Source: Thermoplasmata archaeon (GTDB lineage Archaea > Thermoplasmatota > Thermoplasmata > Lutacidiplasmatales > UBA184). From it: a stretch of DNA of 64,000 nucleotides. Made by a program: the position numbers and the translations under genes. Each line of letters opens with the position of its first letter. Position 1 is the first letter of the stretch. Below the pieces are notes generated by a model that had not been told where the DNA came from, ran no database searches, and saw nothing but the letters and a program-made list of their open reading frames with translations. Shown here piece after piece: positions 39,301-48,763 of this stretch. The stretch covers positions 4,171 through 68,170 of the forward strand of contig JASHOK010000055.1 in NCBI GenBank assembly GCA_030041175.1. The letters run 5' to 3'.

Positions 39301-39652
39301 CACCGTACTCTACAAGGTCAGCGAGCCGGACCGGCACCCGAACATTCTCGAGGCGCTCGCCGACCAGGGGGTGTCGATCGTCCTCAACGTGCCGCTGTCG
39401 CTCTCGCAGGAGAAGCTCGAACAGATGCTGGAGGACGAATACGTGCTCCGGCGCCGCGCCATCGAGCTCGGGATCCCCTTGTTCACGAGCCTCGAGGTGT
39501 TCCAGGCGTACGTTGAGGGACTCGCCTGGATGAAGGACCACGCGCTGACGGTGGAGCCAACCTACGGACCCCGGGGGTCGGCCCGGACCTCGGGTCCGGC
39601 CGTGACGCTGGGCGTCCGGTTGCCGCTGACCACGCCGCCGGCGTCCCGGTAG
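36350..39652 (+). CDS. carB: Carbamoyl-phosphate synthase large subunit
   Basis: GEAGEFDYSGSQ, SRSSALASKATGYP, NPETVSTDYD, two ATP-grasp halves, MGS tail. Confidence 0.96.
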   Translation: MRPPRYEKIVVLGSGALKIGEAGEFDYSGSQCLRALEEEGVYAVVVNPNIATLQTDPPKHGRVYLQPVRPEFVEPILEAERPDGMMLSFGGQTALDCGIRLADRGAYRRSGVKVLGTPLQGIRDTEDRALFVQAMGRARVPVLPSRAVYSVDDALAAAEVLGTPVMIRVAYTLGGKGGGVARDRAGVREIAERGLRLSPVGQILLERYVGDFKQIEYEIVRDRKGNTLTVCNMENVLAMRVHTGDNIVIAPSQTLNDSEYQLLRQAALRAATEVGIVGECNIQFALDPRSEEYYAIEINARLSRSSALASKATGYPLAYVAAKLALGYTLPELKNRVTGVTTACFEPALDYVVVKLPRWDLDKFERADRRLGPSMKSVGEVMGIGASFPEAIQKAVRMSDPTGDLVPPEAPRPLAEVEPELKHAGPEILFRVLEALETGASVDHIAKLSAIDPWFVEQLSGIVRESRALRRRAGHPLPASRLQSAKELGFSDRAIGRITHHSEAAVRSRRLHLGVRPHVRMIDTLAGEWPARTNYLYLTYRADADDVRPSPKGSALVLGAGPYRIGSSVEFDWSTTNLVAGLKAAGIPSVTILNSNPETVSTDYDRSDRLYFEEITLERVQDLFDLERFRGVVTCVGSQLAQNLTPGLKRTGVPVLGTTPEAIETAEDRSQFARLLERLGIPQPAWKAFTTLEEASAFADEVGYPVLVRPSFVLSGQAMRVIWGRPDLGRFLELALRISREHPVVVTKFVQGADELELDAISDGEKILVAGVLEHVERAGVHSGDAIFSIPPRRTAVAVQEELVRAAEQIAQALRIRGPFNIQYLVKDGQFQIIELNLRASRSLPFLSKFTGLPLIEEAARALLGEPLSRSGWNPPPPDRWGVKVPQFSFLQLVGADPLLGVEMQSTGEVACFGSSFPDALMRGLFAAGWSAPRAAGRAFVSVGGPALKAEMLPIVERLVSLGFGLAATEDTALYLSQAGFSDVTVLYKVSEPDRHPNILEALADQGVSIVLNVPLSLSQEKLEQMLEDEYVLRRRAIELGIPLFTSLEVFQAYVEGLAWMKDHALTVEPTYGPRGSARTSGPAVTLGVRLPLTTPPASR

Positions 39653-39658
39653 CCTCGC

Positions 39659-40369
39659 TCAGCTCTCGTCGGGAGACGGCACCGGCCGCGCCGGCTGCAT
39701 GGGGAACTTCGAGACCGAGTACTCGGGGACGAGCGTGCTGGTGTCCACCACCTCAGGGAGGCCCCGGATCCGTTCGGTGACGAAGTCGAGCACCTGACGC
39801 TTCCGCGTGTTGGCCTCCCGGAACTCGAGGACCAGGAAGGCGTCCCAGTCCCCGGTCAGCAGGTGCAGCTCCCGGACCTCCGGATAGGCGAGTACGATGT
39901 CCTTGATCCGGTCCAGGTCTCCGCCGCGGACCTTGATGTACGTGAAGGCGCGGAGCCGGAACATCTCGGTCGGCATCATGTCGCAGAGCCGTTCCTCCGT
40001 GAATGCCGAGACGCCCTCCAGCCGTTGGCCGGACGCCGAGATCAGGACGGGAAACCGCTCCACGCCCCGCAGATGTTCGGCCACGAGCTTGGTGAGCATG
40101 CTGCCCTTGCCGACATCCACGACCCGAACCCGGTAGCCCCGGCGGGCGGCGGTCTCTTCCGCCATCGCGAGGCAGTGGGCCTGGTCGTCGGACAGGAAGT
40201 AGGCCTCTTCGGCGGCTCCGGCTCCCTCGTCTCCGCCGATGCCCGACGGGAGCACGTCGGCGCGCTCGGCCGCGAGACCGACCCGAGAGGCCGGGGGGCG
40301 ATAGAAGCTGGTGACGACCTTCTTGCTCTGAACGTAGAGCGTGAGCTGTCGACTCTTGTCCTCGACCAT
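39659..40369 (-). CDS. Protein with C-terminal Lrp/AsnC (RAM) ligand-binding domain and N-terminal glutaredoxin-like domain
   Basis: PEVRELHLLTGDWDAFL...IRGLPEVVDTST; no HTH visible. Confidence 0.75.
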   Translation of the reverse strand: MVEDKSRQLTLYVQSKKVVTSFYRPPASRVGLAAERADVLPSGIGGDEGAGAAEEAYFLSDDQAHCLAMAEETAARRGYRVRVVDVGKGSMLTKLVAEHLRGVERFPVLISASGQRLEGVSAFTEERLCDMMPTEMFRLRAFTYIKVRGGDLDRIKDIVLAYPEVRELHLLTGDWDAFLVLEFREANTRKRQVLDFVTERIRGLPEVVDTSTLVPEYSVSKFPMQPARPVPSPDES

Positions 40370-40401
40370 GGGACCGGAACGGGCAACTGGGAGGCGGTAT
40401 T

Positions 40402-40463
40402 AAAGAAAAGGTGAGGGAAAAAAGGGGAAAGGGGTTCGGACCCGCCCGGTAAGGGCGGGTCCG
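40402..40463 (-). terminator. Hairpin plus pyrimidine/T-tract terminator after ssb
   Basis: 11-bp stem CGGACCCGCCC/GGGCGGGTCCG (40437-40463), followed on the minus strand by CTTTCCCCTTTTTTCCCTCACCTTTTCTTT. Confidence 0.7.
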
Positions 40464-40488
40464 GGGTTCCGGTCCGCGGATCGCGGGC

Positions 40489-40989
40489 CTAGTACCGCTT
40501 GTAGCTCTCGGAGCGTTCCCGGCCGCCGCTGTCGCCGCCGCCGCCGTACCGGGATCCGCCACCGCCATAGCCGCCGGAGCCACGGTCACGGTAGCCTCCG
40601 CCGCCGCCCCCGTAGGAGCGCCGCTCGGTTTCGAACTCTTGCTGGCTCATGTCGAGCTGCTGGTTCACGGACGCCACATCGTCGTTCGACTTGGACAGCT
40701 GGCCATACCGGCCCACGTTGAGGCGCATGTGGCCTCGGACCAGAGAGACGTAGCCGTTGTCGATGAGGATGTTCTCGTCCTTCGCGATCGAGCCAATCTG
40801 CTCGTTCCAGAGGGAGAGGGTGATGACCGCCGTGTCATCGCCGATGATCGCCTCCGCCACCTTTCGCGGGTCGCCGTACTTTCCCATCACCTGCTTCGCC
40901 TCGCCCACGTTGACAACCTTCGCGTGTACGTTGACTTGCTTCGAGCTCGGGGTTAGGTCTCGCACTTTCGTCAGGGGTTTGTCTGCCAT
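40489..40989 (-). CDS. ssb: Single-OB-fold ssDNA-binding protein with Gly/Arg/Tyr-rich tail
   Basis: KVRDL...VNV.AKVV, IGDDTAVITLSLWNE, LNVGRYG. Confidence 0.88.
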   Translation of the reverse strand: MADKPLTKVRDLTPSSKQVNVHAKVVNVGEAKQVMGKYGDPRKVAEAIIGDDTAVITLSLWNEQIGSIAKDENILIDNGYVSLVRGHMRLNVGRYGQLSKSNDDVASVNQQLDMSQQEFETERRSYGGGGGGYRDRGSGGYGGGGSRYGGGGDSGGRERSESYKRY

Positions 40990-41278
40990 GTTCTCTGTCG
41001 CCTTCTCTTCGCGTTTCGCGCTTCGTTTTCTCGGGAAACGGCCCGGCCTCCCTCACATCGGGCTGTCGGGCGTCAACGTCCCACGAAAAGTAGGCGGTCT
41101 GACGGCGGCGGCTGGATGGGCTGGAGTCTCGGACCCTTTCAGCGGAAGGACCGGGCCCGGCTATTTAAAGGACCCGGCCCCGCGAGAGGGTGTGGCACGC
41201 CGAGCCGGCCCCGGGCCGGGGGCCGTCAATTCGTCTCGAACACTAGCTTTTTCTGCCTCCCACCGAGGTGAAACCTCG

Positions 41279-42058
41279 GTGAGCCCCGTGACGCGCGAGT
41301 TCGACGTCGGTCTGGAGCTCTTCTCCCGGAAGGAGTACTCACGAGCCGCCAAAGCGCTCGAAGAGGTCCTGCTCGGCGACCCGCACCACGCGCGTGCGTG
41401 GTCCTATCTCGGGATCGCCCTCGCGCATCTCGGACGCGCACCGGACGCCGAGGAGGCTCTCCACCGGGCCCTCGAACTGGCGCCCTGCAACGGGGAGTGC
41501 TGGTTCCACCTGGGCATCGCCGCCACTCTCCGGGGCGATTGGCATGAGGCTGCCGATTCCTTCCGACATGCCACGGCACTGATGCCGAACGACATGTCCA
41601 CCTGGCATCGGCTCGGGGTCGCATTGGCGGAAGCGGGGGATGTGGAGGGCAGCACGGCCGCCTTCGAGCGGGCGCTGATTCTCTCCCGGGAGACCGGTGC
41701 GCCGGACCCGGGCGCCCGACCGCACCGGGGCCCGGTCGACGACCACTTGTCGGAGCCGGGGGAACGCGAGGGTCCCAAGGAAGCCGAGAGCTGGATCTCG
41801 CTCGCCCTGTCGCTTCTTACCCTGGGGGAGGTGGAAGAGGCGGTCGCCGCCTACGAACGAGGGTACAGCGTGGACCCCGAGCGGGCGCGGCACTCGATGT
41901 TCCGCCCGATGCTGAAGCTGTTGACCGCCACTTCCGGGGACAATCCCGAGGACCTGCCGGGCGGCCGGGCCCTGGCCGATGCCCCGGCCTCGCCGCTGCG
42001 GCCGCCGAACCGGCCGGCTCCCCCGGACACGGATGGGCCGCTCTCCGGTATCGGCTGA
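41279..42058 (+). CDS. Tetratricopeptide repeat protein
   Basis: AWSYLG, CWFHLG, TWHRLG, SWISLA TPR repeats; GTG 41279. Confidence 0.85.
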   Translation: MSPVTREFDVGLELFSRKEYSRAAKALEEVLLGDPHHARAWSYLGIALAHLGRAPDAEEALHRALELAPCNGECWFHLGIAATLRGDWHEAADSFRHATALMPNDMSTWHRLGVALAEAGDVEGSTAAFERALILSRETGAPDPGARPHRGPVDDHLSEPGEREGPKEAESWISLALSLLTLGEVEEAVAAYERGYSVDPERARHSMFRPMLKLLTATSGDNPEDLPGGRALADAPASPLRPPNRPAPPDTDGPLSGIG

Positions 42059-42073
42059 CGCCGGCTCACGGAC

Positions 42074-43261
42074 CTACGGAAGGGGAATCTCGCCCCGGAC
42101 CACGGGTCCGGAGGCATCGGACCGCTCGCCGCCTTCCAGGATCAGCGACTCTGCAGTGCCGGCGACCGCTTCCTTCCGCTTGGCATGGTCGCTGAGGAAG
42201 TCCTGGACCCGAACGATCAAGCGGGATTTGCACTCGCCGCACAGGAGGGTGCCGGACCGGCAGCCGGCGGTGACCTCCTCGAACTCCGCGTCATTCTTCG
42301 CGAACTTGGACCGCCACTGGGCCCACACCGAGCAGATCTCGGGCACGGCTCCGAGGCGGCGCTGCTCTTCGACGGTCGCCCGTCCGCCCGTGAGGGCGTT
42401 CTTGATCTTCCGCTCGACGTCCTTCGGCCGGTCGGTCAGGAAGATCGCGTTCTCCTTCGAGTCCCCGGTCGTGGACATCACACGCTCGCCGAGCAGGCCC
42501 GGGAGCATGATCGAGTGCAGCAGTGCCGGCTTGGGGTAGCCCAGCGACTCGGCCAGGTCCCGGCTCACGCGGAAGTGGGGATCCTGGTCAATGCCACAGG
42601 GGATCAGGCACGGCACTGGGCGGCCGGCGTACCACGAGGGCCAGAAACAGGGCACCGTCTGGAGGGCAGTATAGAAGATGGCGCCGATGTTCTGGCTGGC
42701 CGAGAATCCGAAGACCGCCTTGACGGTCGAGAAGTTGACGCGTTTGGCCACGTCGACCGCGAGCGGATACATGGCGCCGATCGAGCGCGTGTCGAAGAAG
42801 ACCCGGGTCCGGGCCGGGTCGAAGCCGAGGGCCAGCAGGTCGGCGAGGTTGTCGAGACCCCACCGGTACGTCTCCTGCCGCGAGAGTCCGCCGCGGACCC
42901 AGAACTTCTCGTCGTCGGTGATCTGGATATACATCGGAGCGTCGAACTTCTCCTGGAGCCACCGGCACAGGTCGAAGGGCAGCAGGTGCGAGGTGTGCAG
43001 CGGACCCGAGGGTCCCCGGCCGGAGTAGAGGAAGAAGCCCTGACCACTCGCGGCCTTCTGCAGCGTCTCGGCGAGGTCTCGGTGGGAGAAGTAGATCCCG
43101 CGGGCGAGCAACGGATGGAGCTCTCCGTCTGCCCGGGCCCGGATCTGCGCGAGAAGGTCGGGCGTCAGGTCCTGGGTACCGAAGAGCTCCTTGAGCCGCC
43201 GATAATCGATGTGCCCTTTGACCTCGTACGGTGTGACGACGAACTCCTCCTTCGTCGGCAC
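42074..43261 (-). CDS. trpS: Tryptophan--tRNA ligase (archaeal/eukaryotic type)
   Basis: VTPYEV, YSGRGPS..LH..H, QITDDEKF, GIDQDPHFR, VMSTT, CGECK. Confidence 0.95.
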   Translation of the reverse strand: MPTKEEFVVTPYEVKGHIDYRRLKELFGTQDLTPDLLAQIRARADGELHPLLARGIYFSHRDLAETLQKAASGQGFFLYSGRGPSGPLHTSHLLPFDLCRWLQEKFDAPMYIQITDDEKFWVRGGLSRQETYRWGLDNLADLLALGFDPARTRVFFDTRSIGAMYPLAVDVAKRVNFSTVKAVFGFSASQNIGAIFYTALQTVPCFWPSWYAGRPVPCLIPCGIDQDPHFRVSRDLAESLGYPKPALLHSIMLPGLLGERVMSTTGDSKENAIFLTDRPKDVERKIKNALTGGRATVEEQRRLGAVPEICSVWAQWRSKFAKNDAEFEEVTAGCRSGTLLCGECKSRLIVRVQDFLSDHAKRKEAVAGTAESLILEGGERSDASGPVVRGEIPLP

Positions 43262-43280
43262 GGCGAAGCCCCTCCCGGCT

Positions 43281-43589
43281 CTAGCCTTCCGGGAACGATA
43301 TCTTTCCGAGAATAACTTCCCGCTCGTGCATCGGAACGCCCATGGAAGAGAGGGCGGAGGCGATGCAGATCCGCTCGTGGGTGTGGTGGACCGTATTGCC
43401 GCAGGTCGGGCAGGTGGTGGAACCCTGGATCAGGCGCCGGAGGCTCTCGCGTCCCTCGGACGAGTCCCGGCGGGCGAATCGGTCGATCAGCACCGAGGCG
43501 CCGGTGGCATTCTCGAGTTCGGTCAACGGTACCCGGATCGGGGTGTTGCACACGAGGCAGCGCGGCATCCGCCGGCAGGTGCACGCCAT
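43281..43589 (-). CDS. Small Cys/His-rich putative zinc-binding protein
   Basis: CTC, CLVC, CPTC, HTHERIC; CTTAAG box about 30 nt upstream. Confidence 0.65.
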   Translation of the reverse strand: MACTCRRMPRCLVCNTPIRVPLTELENATGASVLIDRFARRDSSEGRESLRRLIQGSTTCPTCGNTVHHTHERICIASALSSMGVPMHEREVILGKISFPEG

Positions 43590-43729
43590 AGGGTAGGAGC
43601 GGTAGAACCGTCTCGCCTTAAGCTGTTCTCGAGCCGGAAGGTCGGTCCGGAGCTTCTGCCCACGTCTTGGATTTGCGCTCGCGGCCGAAGGCCCGCCGAG
43701 GGATTCAAGTAGGGGAAGCCGAGCTACTT

Positions 43730-44080
43730 TTGCGTACGCAAGCGACGGATGGACGATCGGATCCGATTCGAGCGACGCTCCTCGCCGTGCTCCGACAGCT
43801 GAACCAGTCGGAGGCCCATCACGAGGGACACGAGCAGGACCAGGCGCTCGAACTCGCCGAGATCGAGTCGCGATTGTCGGACTTCTGGGCGGTCAAGCAG
43901 GGCAAGATCAAGATCCCGTTGGCCGTCGGGCTCCTGCTTCGGAACAAGATGGTCGAGACTCGGGCCGACACGAAGGACTCTTGGCAGCGGCAGCGGCAGG
44001 TCCAGCAGCGGTACCAGATCACGGTCGAAGGGAAGCGGTTTCTGACCGAGGCGGTCACCTCGGAATCTCGCATCAAGTGA
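43730..44080 (+). CDS. Hypothetical winged-helix protein
   Basis: C-terminal RYQITVEGKRFL wing motif; start uncertain (TTG 43730). Confidence 0.6.
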   Translation: MRTQATDGRSDPIRATLLAVLRQLNQSEAHHEGHEQDQALELAEIESRLSDFWAVKQGKIKIPLAVGLLLRNKMVETRADTKDSWQRQRQVQQRYQITVEGKRFLTEAVTSESRIK

Positions 44081-44147
44081 GCCCGTCGCACTGACGGTGG
44101 ACCGCCGCGCGCATAGCGTTTAATACGCATCCCTGTCTCGCTCGGTC

Positions 44148-44603
44148 GTGTCACGGATTCACTCCGGCCGGAAGGGTCGTTCCGGCTCCGACCGGCCGTT
44201 TCCGGCGGTTCCGCCCACGTGGCCGATTCCGGAGCCCGCGGAGATCGTGGACCAGGCGGTCCAGCTGGCCAAGGGAGGCCTCTCGGCCGCTCAGGTGGGC
44301 ACCGTGCTGCGCGATACCTACGGCGTCCCTTCCGTGCGCCTCGCTACCGGCGAGCGCTTGACGCCTTTGCTGGCCAAGCAGGGGGTTCGCCCGGAGCTTC
44401 CGGAGGATCTCGCGGCGCTGTTGCGTCGCGTTGTCACGCTGCAGCGCCACCTGACGGAGCATCCGAAGGACCACTCGAACCGTCGGGGCCTCGCGCTCAT
44501 CGAGTCTCGGATCCGGCGGCTGGCCCGGTACTATCGAGACCGGAAACTGCTCCCCGAGACCTGGCGGTACTCCGCCGCCGAGGCGGTCCTCCAGGTGGAG
44601 TGA
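44148..44603 (+). CDS. rps15: 30S ribosomal protein S15 (S15P/S13e)
   Basis: MSRIHSGRKGRSGS, LRDTYGVP, LPEDL, ESRIRRLARYY; TTTAATA about 25-29 nt upstream. Confidence 0.96.
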   Translation: MSRIHSGRKGRSGSDRPFPAVPPTWPIPEPAEIVDQAVQLAKGGLSAAQVGTVLRDTYGVPSVRLATGERLTPLLAKQGVRPELPEDLAALLRRVVTLQRHLTEHPKDHSNRRGLALIESRIRRLARYYRDRKLLPETWRYSAAEAVLQVE

Positions 44604-45997
44604 TGCCCTCGGGGCCCGAGCAGTTCGTTGCCCACCCGCTCTATCAGCCGGAGTTCACCCGGGCCCGGGAGCTGCTGCTCGCGACTCCGGGACGCTGGCG
44701 GATCATCTACCACTACGATGGCGATGGGATCGGTGCGGCCTCCGCGCTCGTACGGGCGTTGCGTCGACTCGGCTACGGCTTCCAGACCACGGCACTGAAG
44801 GGGGTCGAACGGGCCCGGATCGAGGCCCTGCTCCAGGCCACGCCCGGGCCGGTGATCGTTACCGACACCGGGGCCAGCTGGCCGGAGTCCTACGTGGCGC
44901 ACCGGTTCCCGGTGATCGTCCTCGACCACCACACCTACCCGGGGTACCCCACCCCTCCGACGTTGCCCGCGCACGTGGCCTTCGTCAACCCGCTCGACTG
45001 GGGCGTCGACGGAATGAATGAGCTGTGCGCCTCGACATTGTGCTGGCTCTTCTCGATCTTCCTCGACCCCAAGAACTGGGACAACGTGCCTTGGGCGCTG
45101 TCCGGGGCCATCCACGACCGTCAGCACGTCGGCGGTTTCCGGGGACTCAACCATACCCTGGTCCAGGAAGCGATGCACCGGAACTTGCTGCACGAGCGGA
45201 AGGAGATCTCGCTGCGGGGATCTACGGTTGCGGCGGCACTCACTGCTTCGATCGACCCCTACTACGTGGGCCTCTCGGGCCGGCCGGAGGCGTCGACGGA
45301 GTTCGTACGCCGCTTGGGTGTGGCTCCCGACGGCCCGGTGGACGGCATCGAGTCGGCCGACCGGGACCGGCTCGCCGCGGCACTCACCGCACGGCTCACC
45401 CAGCAGGGCGCACGACCCGAGTTCTGCGAACGAGTGTGGACGGAACGCTGGACGTTTCCCGGCGAGACGGTCGATGCCGAAGAGCTGTCCCAGCTGCAGA
45501 ATGCCGCCGGCCGTGCGGAGGAGCCGGGGGTCGGGGTCGCGCTCGCCCTTGGCGACCCGGCCGCCGGTCACCGGTGCCGCGGGTTCTGGGAGACGTGGCT
45601 GACGGGCGTGCTGCGGGGGCTCCGTCGACTGGAGGACGAAGGGGCCCATCAAAAGACGGGCCTCCAGTGGTTCCAGAGCCCGGAGCTGACCCTCGCCGGC
45701 ACCCAGGCCGGCCTCGCGATCACCTATTTCCTGGACCCGTACAAGCCCGTCTTCGTGCTGTCCACCAGCGACGGGTCGACCAAGGTCTCCTCTCGAGGGA
45801 CGACCTGGCTGGTCGAGCGGGGCCTGGACCTCGCCACGGCCTGCCGGACCGCGGCCGCCAAGGTCGGCGGCGAGGGTGGCGGCCACCGCGTCGCGAGTGG
45901 CGCAACGATCCCTTCGGATCGAGAGGAGGAGTTCCTTCAAGAGGCCGATCGAATCATCGTTGAGCAGCTGCCGGTTCGCCCGGAGACCTCCTCATGA
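44603..45997 (+). CDS. DHH family phosphoesterase (archaeal RecJ-like)
   Basis: HYDGDG, TDTG, LDHH, DHHA1 [10 protein letters not shown]; conserved position after rpS15. Confidence 0.9.
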   Translation: MPSGPEQFVAHPLYQPEFTRARELLLATPGRWRIIYHYDGDGIGAASALVRALRRLGYGFQTTALKGVERARIEALLQATPGPVIVTDTGASWPESYVAHRFPVIVLDHHTYPGYPTPPTLPAHVAFVNPLDWGVDGMNELCASTLCWLFSIFLDPKNWDNVPWALSGAIHDRQHVGGFRGLNHTLVQEAMHRNLLHERKEISLRGSTVAAALTASIDPYYVGLSGRPEASTEFVRRLGVAPDGPVDGIESADRDRLAAALTARLTQQGARPEFCERVWTERWTFPGETVDAEELSQLQNAAGRAEEPGVGVALALGDPAAGHRCRGFWETWLTGVLRGLRRLEDEGAHQKTGLQWFQSPELTLAGTQAGLAITYFLDPYKPVFVLSTSDGSTKVSSRGTTWLVERGLDLATACRTAAAKVGGEGGGHRVASGATIPSDREEEFLQEADRIIVEQLPVRPETSS

Positions 45998-48609
45998 GCG
46001 CCCCCGCGAAGAAGCTCCCTCCGATCGACCCGACGGTCACCGTCGACCACGTGAAGGACCACTCGGTCGAGGCCGAGCTGCACAAGTCGTACATCGATTA
46101 CGCGATGAGCGTCATCGTCGGCCGGGCGCTGCCGGACGGCCGGGACGGCCTCAAGCCGGTCCACCGCCGCATCCTCTGGTCGATGTGGGACAGCGGCGGA
46201 ACCCACGACCGGCCGTACCGCAAGTCCGCGCGGATGGTCGGCGACGTGCTCGGGAAGTACCACCCGCACGGCGACATGGCAGTCTACGATGCGCTGGTCC
46301 GGATGGCCCAGCCGTTCTCGCTTCGGTACCTCCTCATCGACGGGCAGGGCAATTTCGGTTCCGTCGACGGCGACATGCCGGCGGCGATGCGGTACACCGA
46401 GGCTCGTCTGTCCTCGCTGTCCGAAGAACTGCTCCTCGATATCGAGAAGGAGACCGTCGAATGGACGGACAACTTCGACGGTTCGCTCAAGGAGCCCCTG
46501 GTCCTTCCGTCCAAGGTTCCGAATCTCCTGGTGAACGGATCCGCCGGGATCGCGGTCGGCATGGCGACCAACATGCCGCCGCACAACCTCTCCGAGATCG
46601 TCGACGCCCTCCTCCTGCTCCTCCAGAAGCCGGATGCGACCCTGGACGAGATCATGCAGCTCGTCCCGGGGCCCGACTTTCCCACCGGGGGCATGCTGGC
46701 GGCGAACGAAGGCATCCGGGAGGCCTACGAGACCGGCCGGGGACTGCTCCGGCTCCGGGGCCGAGCCGAGAAGCGCGAACGGGATGGAAAGGACGAGATC
46801 GTGATCACGGAGATCCCGTACGAGGTCAACAAGTCGCAGCTGCTCCAGCTGATGGCGGACCTGGTTCGCGACAAGCGGATCGACGGCGTCGCCGACCTCC
46901 GGGACGAGTCGGACCGACACGGCATGTCGATCGTCGTTGAGCTCAAGCGCGACGTGCCGGTCGAGATCGTCCTCAACCGGATCTACGAGCACACACCGCT
47001 CGAGACGACGTTCGGCGTGATCAATCTGTGTCTCATCGACGGCCGGCCGAAGGTCCTCGGCCTCAGGCCGCTGCTCGAGGTTCACCTGGAGCACCGGCGG
47101 AAGGTGTTGACCCGGCGGACGACCTTCGACCTCGCCCGAACGCAGGAGCGGCTCCACCTGCTGGAGGGGTTCCTGATCGCCATCGACCACATCGACGAGG
47201 TGATCCGCATCATCCGCCGGTCCAAGGATGCCGAGACCGCCTCCACGTCGCTGATGGGCAAGTTCCTCCTCTCCTCCGAGCAGGCGAAGGCGATCCTGGA
47301 CATGCGGCTCGCCCGCCTCACTCAGCTCGAGCGCGAGGCGGTCGAGAAGGAGACCCACGAGAAGGAGGCGCTCGTCGTCCGTCTCAAGGAGATCCTCGCC
47401 TCGCCCCACGAGCTCGACGGCCTCATCGCCGAGGAGCTTCGCGACGTCAAGGAGCGCTTCGGCGACGCCCGCCGCACCACGATCGTTCCGGGCTTTACCG
47501 AGCGTACGCTCGAGGACCTCATCCCGGACACCGATGTCGTCGTGCTCGTCACCCATGACGGGTACATCAAGCGGCTTCCGCTCGACAGCTACCGGCGGCA
47601 GCGGCGGGGCGGCAAGGGCCTCATCCAGATGGAAACCAAGGAGGAGGACTTCGTCACCCGGACCTTCGTGGGACGAACCCACGACAATATCCTGTTCTTC
47701 ACGACCCTGGGCCGCGTCTACCGGCTCAAGGCGTACGAGCTTCCCGAAGGAAGCCGTCACTCGAAGGGAAAGGCGATCATCAATCTCCTGCCGAAGCTCA
47801 AGGACGGGGAGAAGATCCAGACCCTGCTCCTGGTCCGCGACCTCGAGCAGACCGGCGACCTGGTCTTCGCCACCCGTGCCGGGCTCGTGAAGCGGACCGG
47901 CCTCGACCAGTTCCAGAACATCCGAACGAACGGTATCCAGGCCGTTCTCCTCGAGGAGACGGACGCGCTGGTGGATGTCCAGCTCATCGCGGACGAGGCG
48001 GTCGAGATCCTGCTGGCCACGCGGGCCGGCCAGCTCGTCCGGTTCCCCGTGGGCGAGATCCGGCGCATGGGCCGGGCCACCTACGGCGTTATCGGGGCCC
48101 GACTCTCCGATGAAAAGGATGACCAGGTCGTGTCCATGACGGTCGCCAGCGCGGCCTACCCGTACCTGCTCTCGCTCACCTCCACGGGCTTCGGCAAGCG
48201 CAGCCCGACCGAGGAGTACCGGCGCACCCACCGGGGGGCCAAGGGTGTACGGACGATCCGTACCGGCGGCCGGAACGGCCAGGTCGTGGCGGTGCTCCCG
48301 ACGCGGGACGACCAGGAGCTGCTCGTTACCACCCAGTGGGGCATCACGATCCGGGCCCCGATCGAGGGCATCCGGGCCCAGGGGAGGAACACGCTGGGCG
48401 TTCGGGTGATCCGACTGGAGGAAGGGGACACGGCCAAGGACGCGGTCGCCCTCATTCCCCCGGGCGAAACGGAGGAGAGCCGGCCCGGGAACCCCCCGAC
48501 GCCGCCGCCCGGCCCGACGCCTCCGGGCGAGGACGACGACGAGATGCCCGAGGGACCGGACGAGGAGCCTCCGGAGGACGACGATGAAGCGTCGCCGGCC
48601 CCGGGGTAA
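45994..48609 (+). CDS. gyrA: DNA gyrase subunit A
   Basis: [24 protein letters not shown], GyrA-box QRRGGKG, acidic tail. Confidence 0.97.
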   Translation: MSAPAKKLPPIDPTVTVDHVKDHSVEAELHKSYIDYAMSVIVGRALPDGRDGLKPVHRRILWSMWDSGGTHDRPYRKSARMVGDVLGKYHPHGDMAVYDALVRMAQPFSLRYLLIDGQGNFGSVDGDMPAAMRYTEARLSSLSEELLLDIEKETVEWTDNFDGSLKEPLVLPSKVPNLLVNGSAGIAVGMATNMPPHNLSEIVDALLLLLQKPDATLDEIMQLVPGPDFPTGGMLAANEGIREAYETGRGLLRLRGRAEKRERDGKDEIVITEIPYEVNKSQLLQLMADLVRDKRIDGVADLRDESDRHGMSIVVELKRDVPVEIVLNRIYEHTPLETTFGVINLCLIDGRPKVLGLRPLLEVHLEHRRKVLTRRTTFDLARTQERLHLLEGFLIAIDHIDEVIRIIRRSKDAETASTSLMGKFLLSSEQAKAILDMRLARLTQLEREAVEKETHEKEALVVRLKEILASPHELDGLIAEELRDVKERFGDARRTTIVPGFTERTLEDLIPDTDVVVLVTHDGYIKRLPLDSYRRQRRGGKGLIQMETKEEDFVTRTFVGRTHDNILFFTTLGRVYRLKAYELPEGSRHSKGKAIINLLPKLKDGEKIQTLLLVRDLEQTGDLVFATRAGLVKRTGLDQFQNIRTNGIQAVLLEETDALVDVQLIADEAVEILLATRAGQLVRFPVGEIRRMGRATYGVIGARLSDEKDDQVVSMTVASAAYPYLLSLTSTGFGKRSPTEEYRRTHRGAKGVRTIRTGGRNGQVVAVLPTRDDQELLVTTQWGITIRAPIEGIRAQGRNTLGVRVIRLEEGDTAKDAVALIPPGETEESRPGNPPTPPPGPTPPGEDDDEMPEGPDEEPPEDDDEASPAPG

Positions 48610-48763
48610 GATCGTCCGGAGCTGCCCCTACTGCCGGTCGAGCCGGCTGATCTTCGAGGGCGCGCTGATCCTGGGCCAGCTCTACCGGTGCCTCGACTGC
48701 GGCTACGTGGGACCGCTCGTGCTGGAAGAGGAGGTCCCGGACTCCGGGACTCCGCCGAGCTGA
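48584..48763 (+). CDS. 59-aa zinc-ribbon protein (absent from ORF track)
   Basis: [59 protein letters not shown]; GGAGG upstream. Confidence 0.8.
   Translation: MKRRRPRGKIVRSCPYCRSSRLIFEGALILGQLYRCLDCGYVGPLVLEEEVPDSGTPPS

Noticed and set aside
45937-48231. Long antisense and alternate-frame ORFs (e.g. 764 aa opposite gyrA, 729 aa at 55282-57471)
   Set aside because: Shadow ORFs expected from high GC codon bias; no motifs, and they overlap well-supported genes
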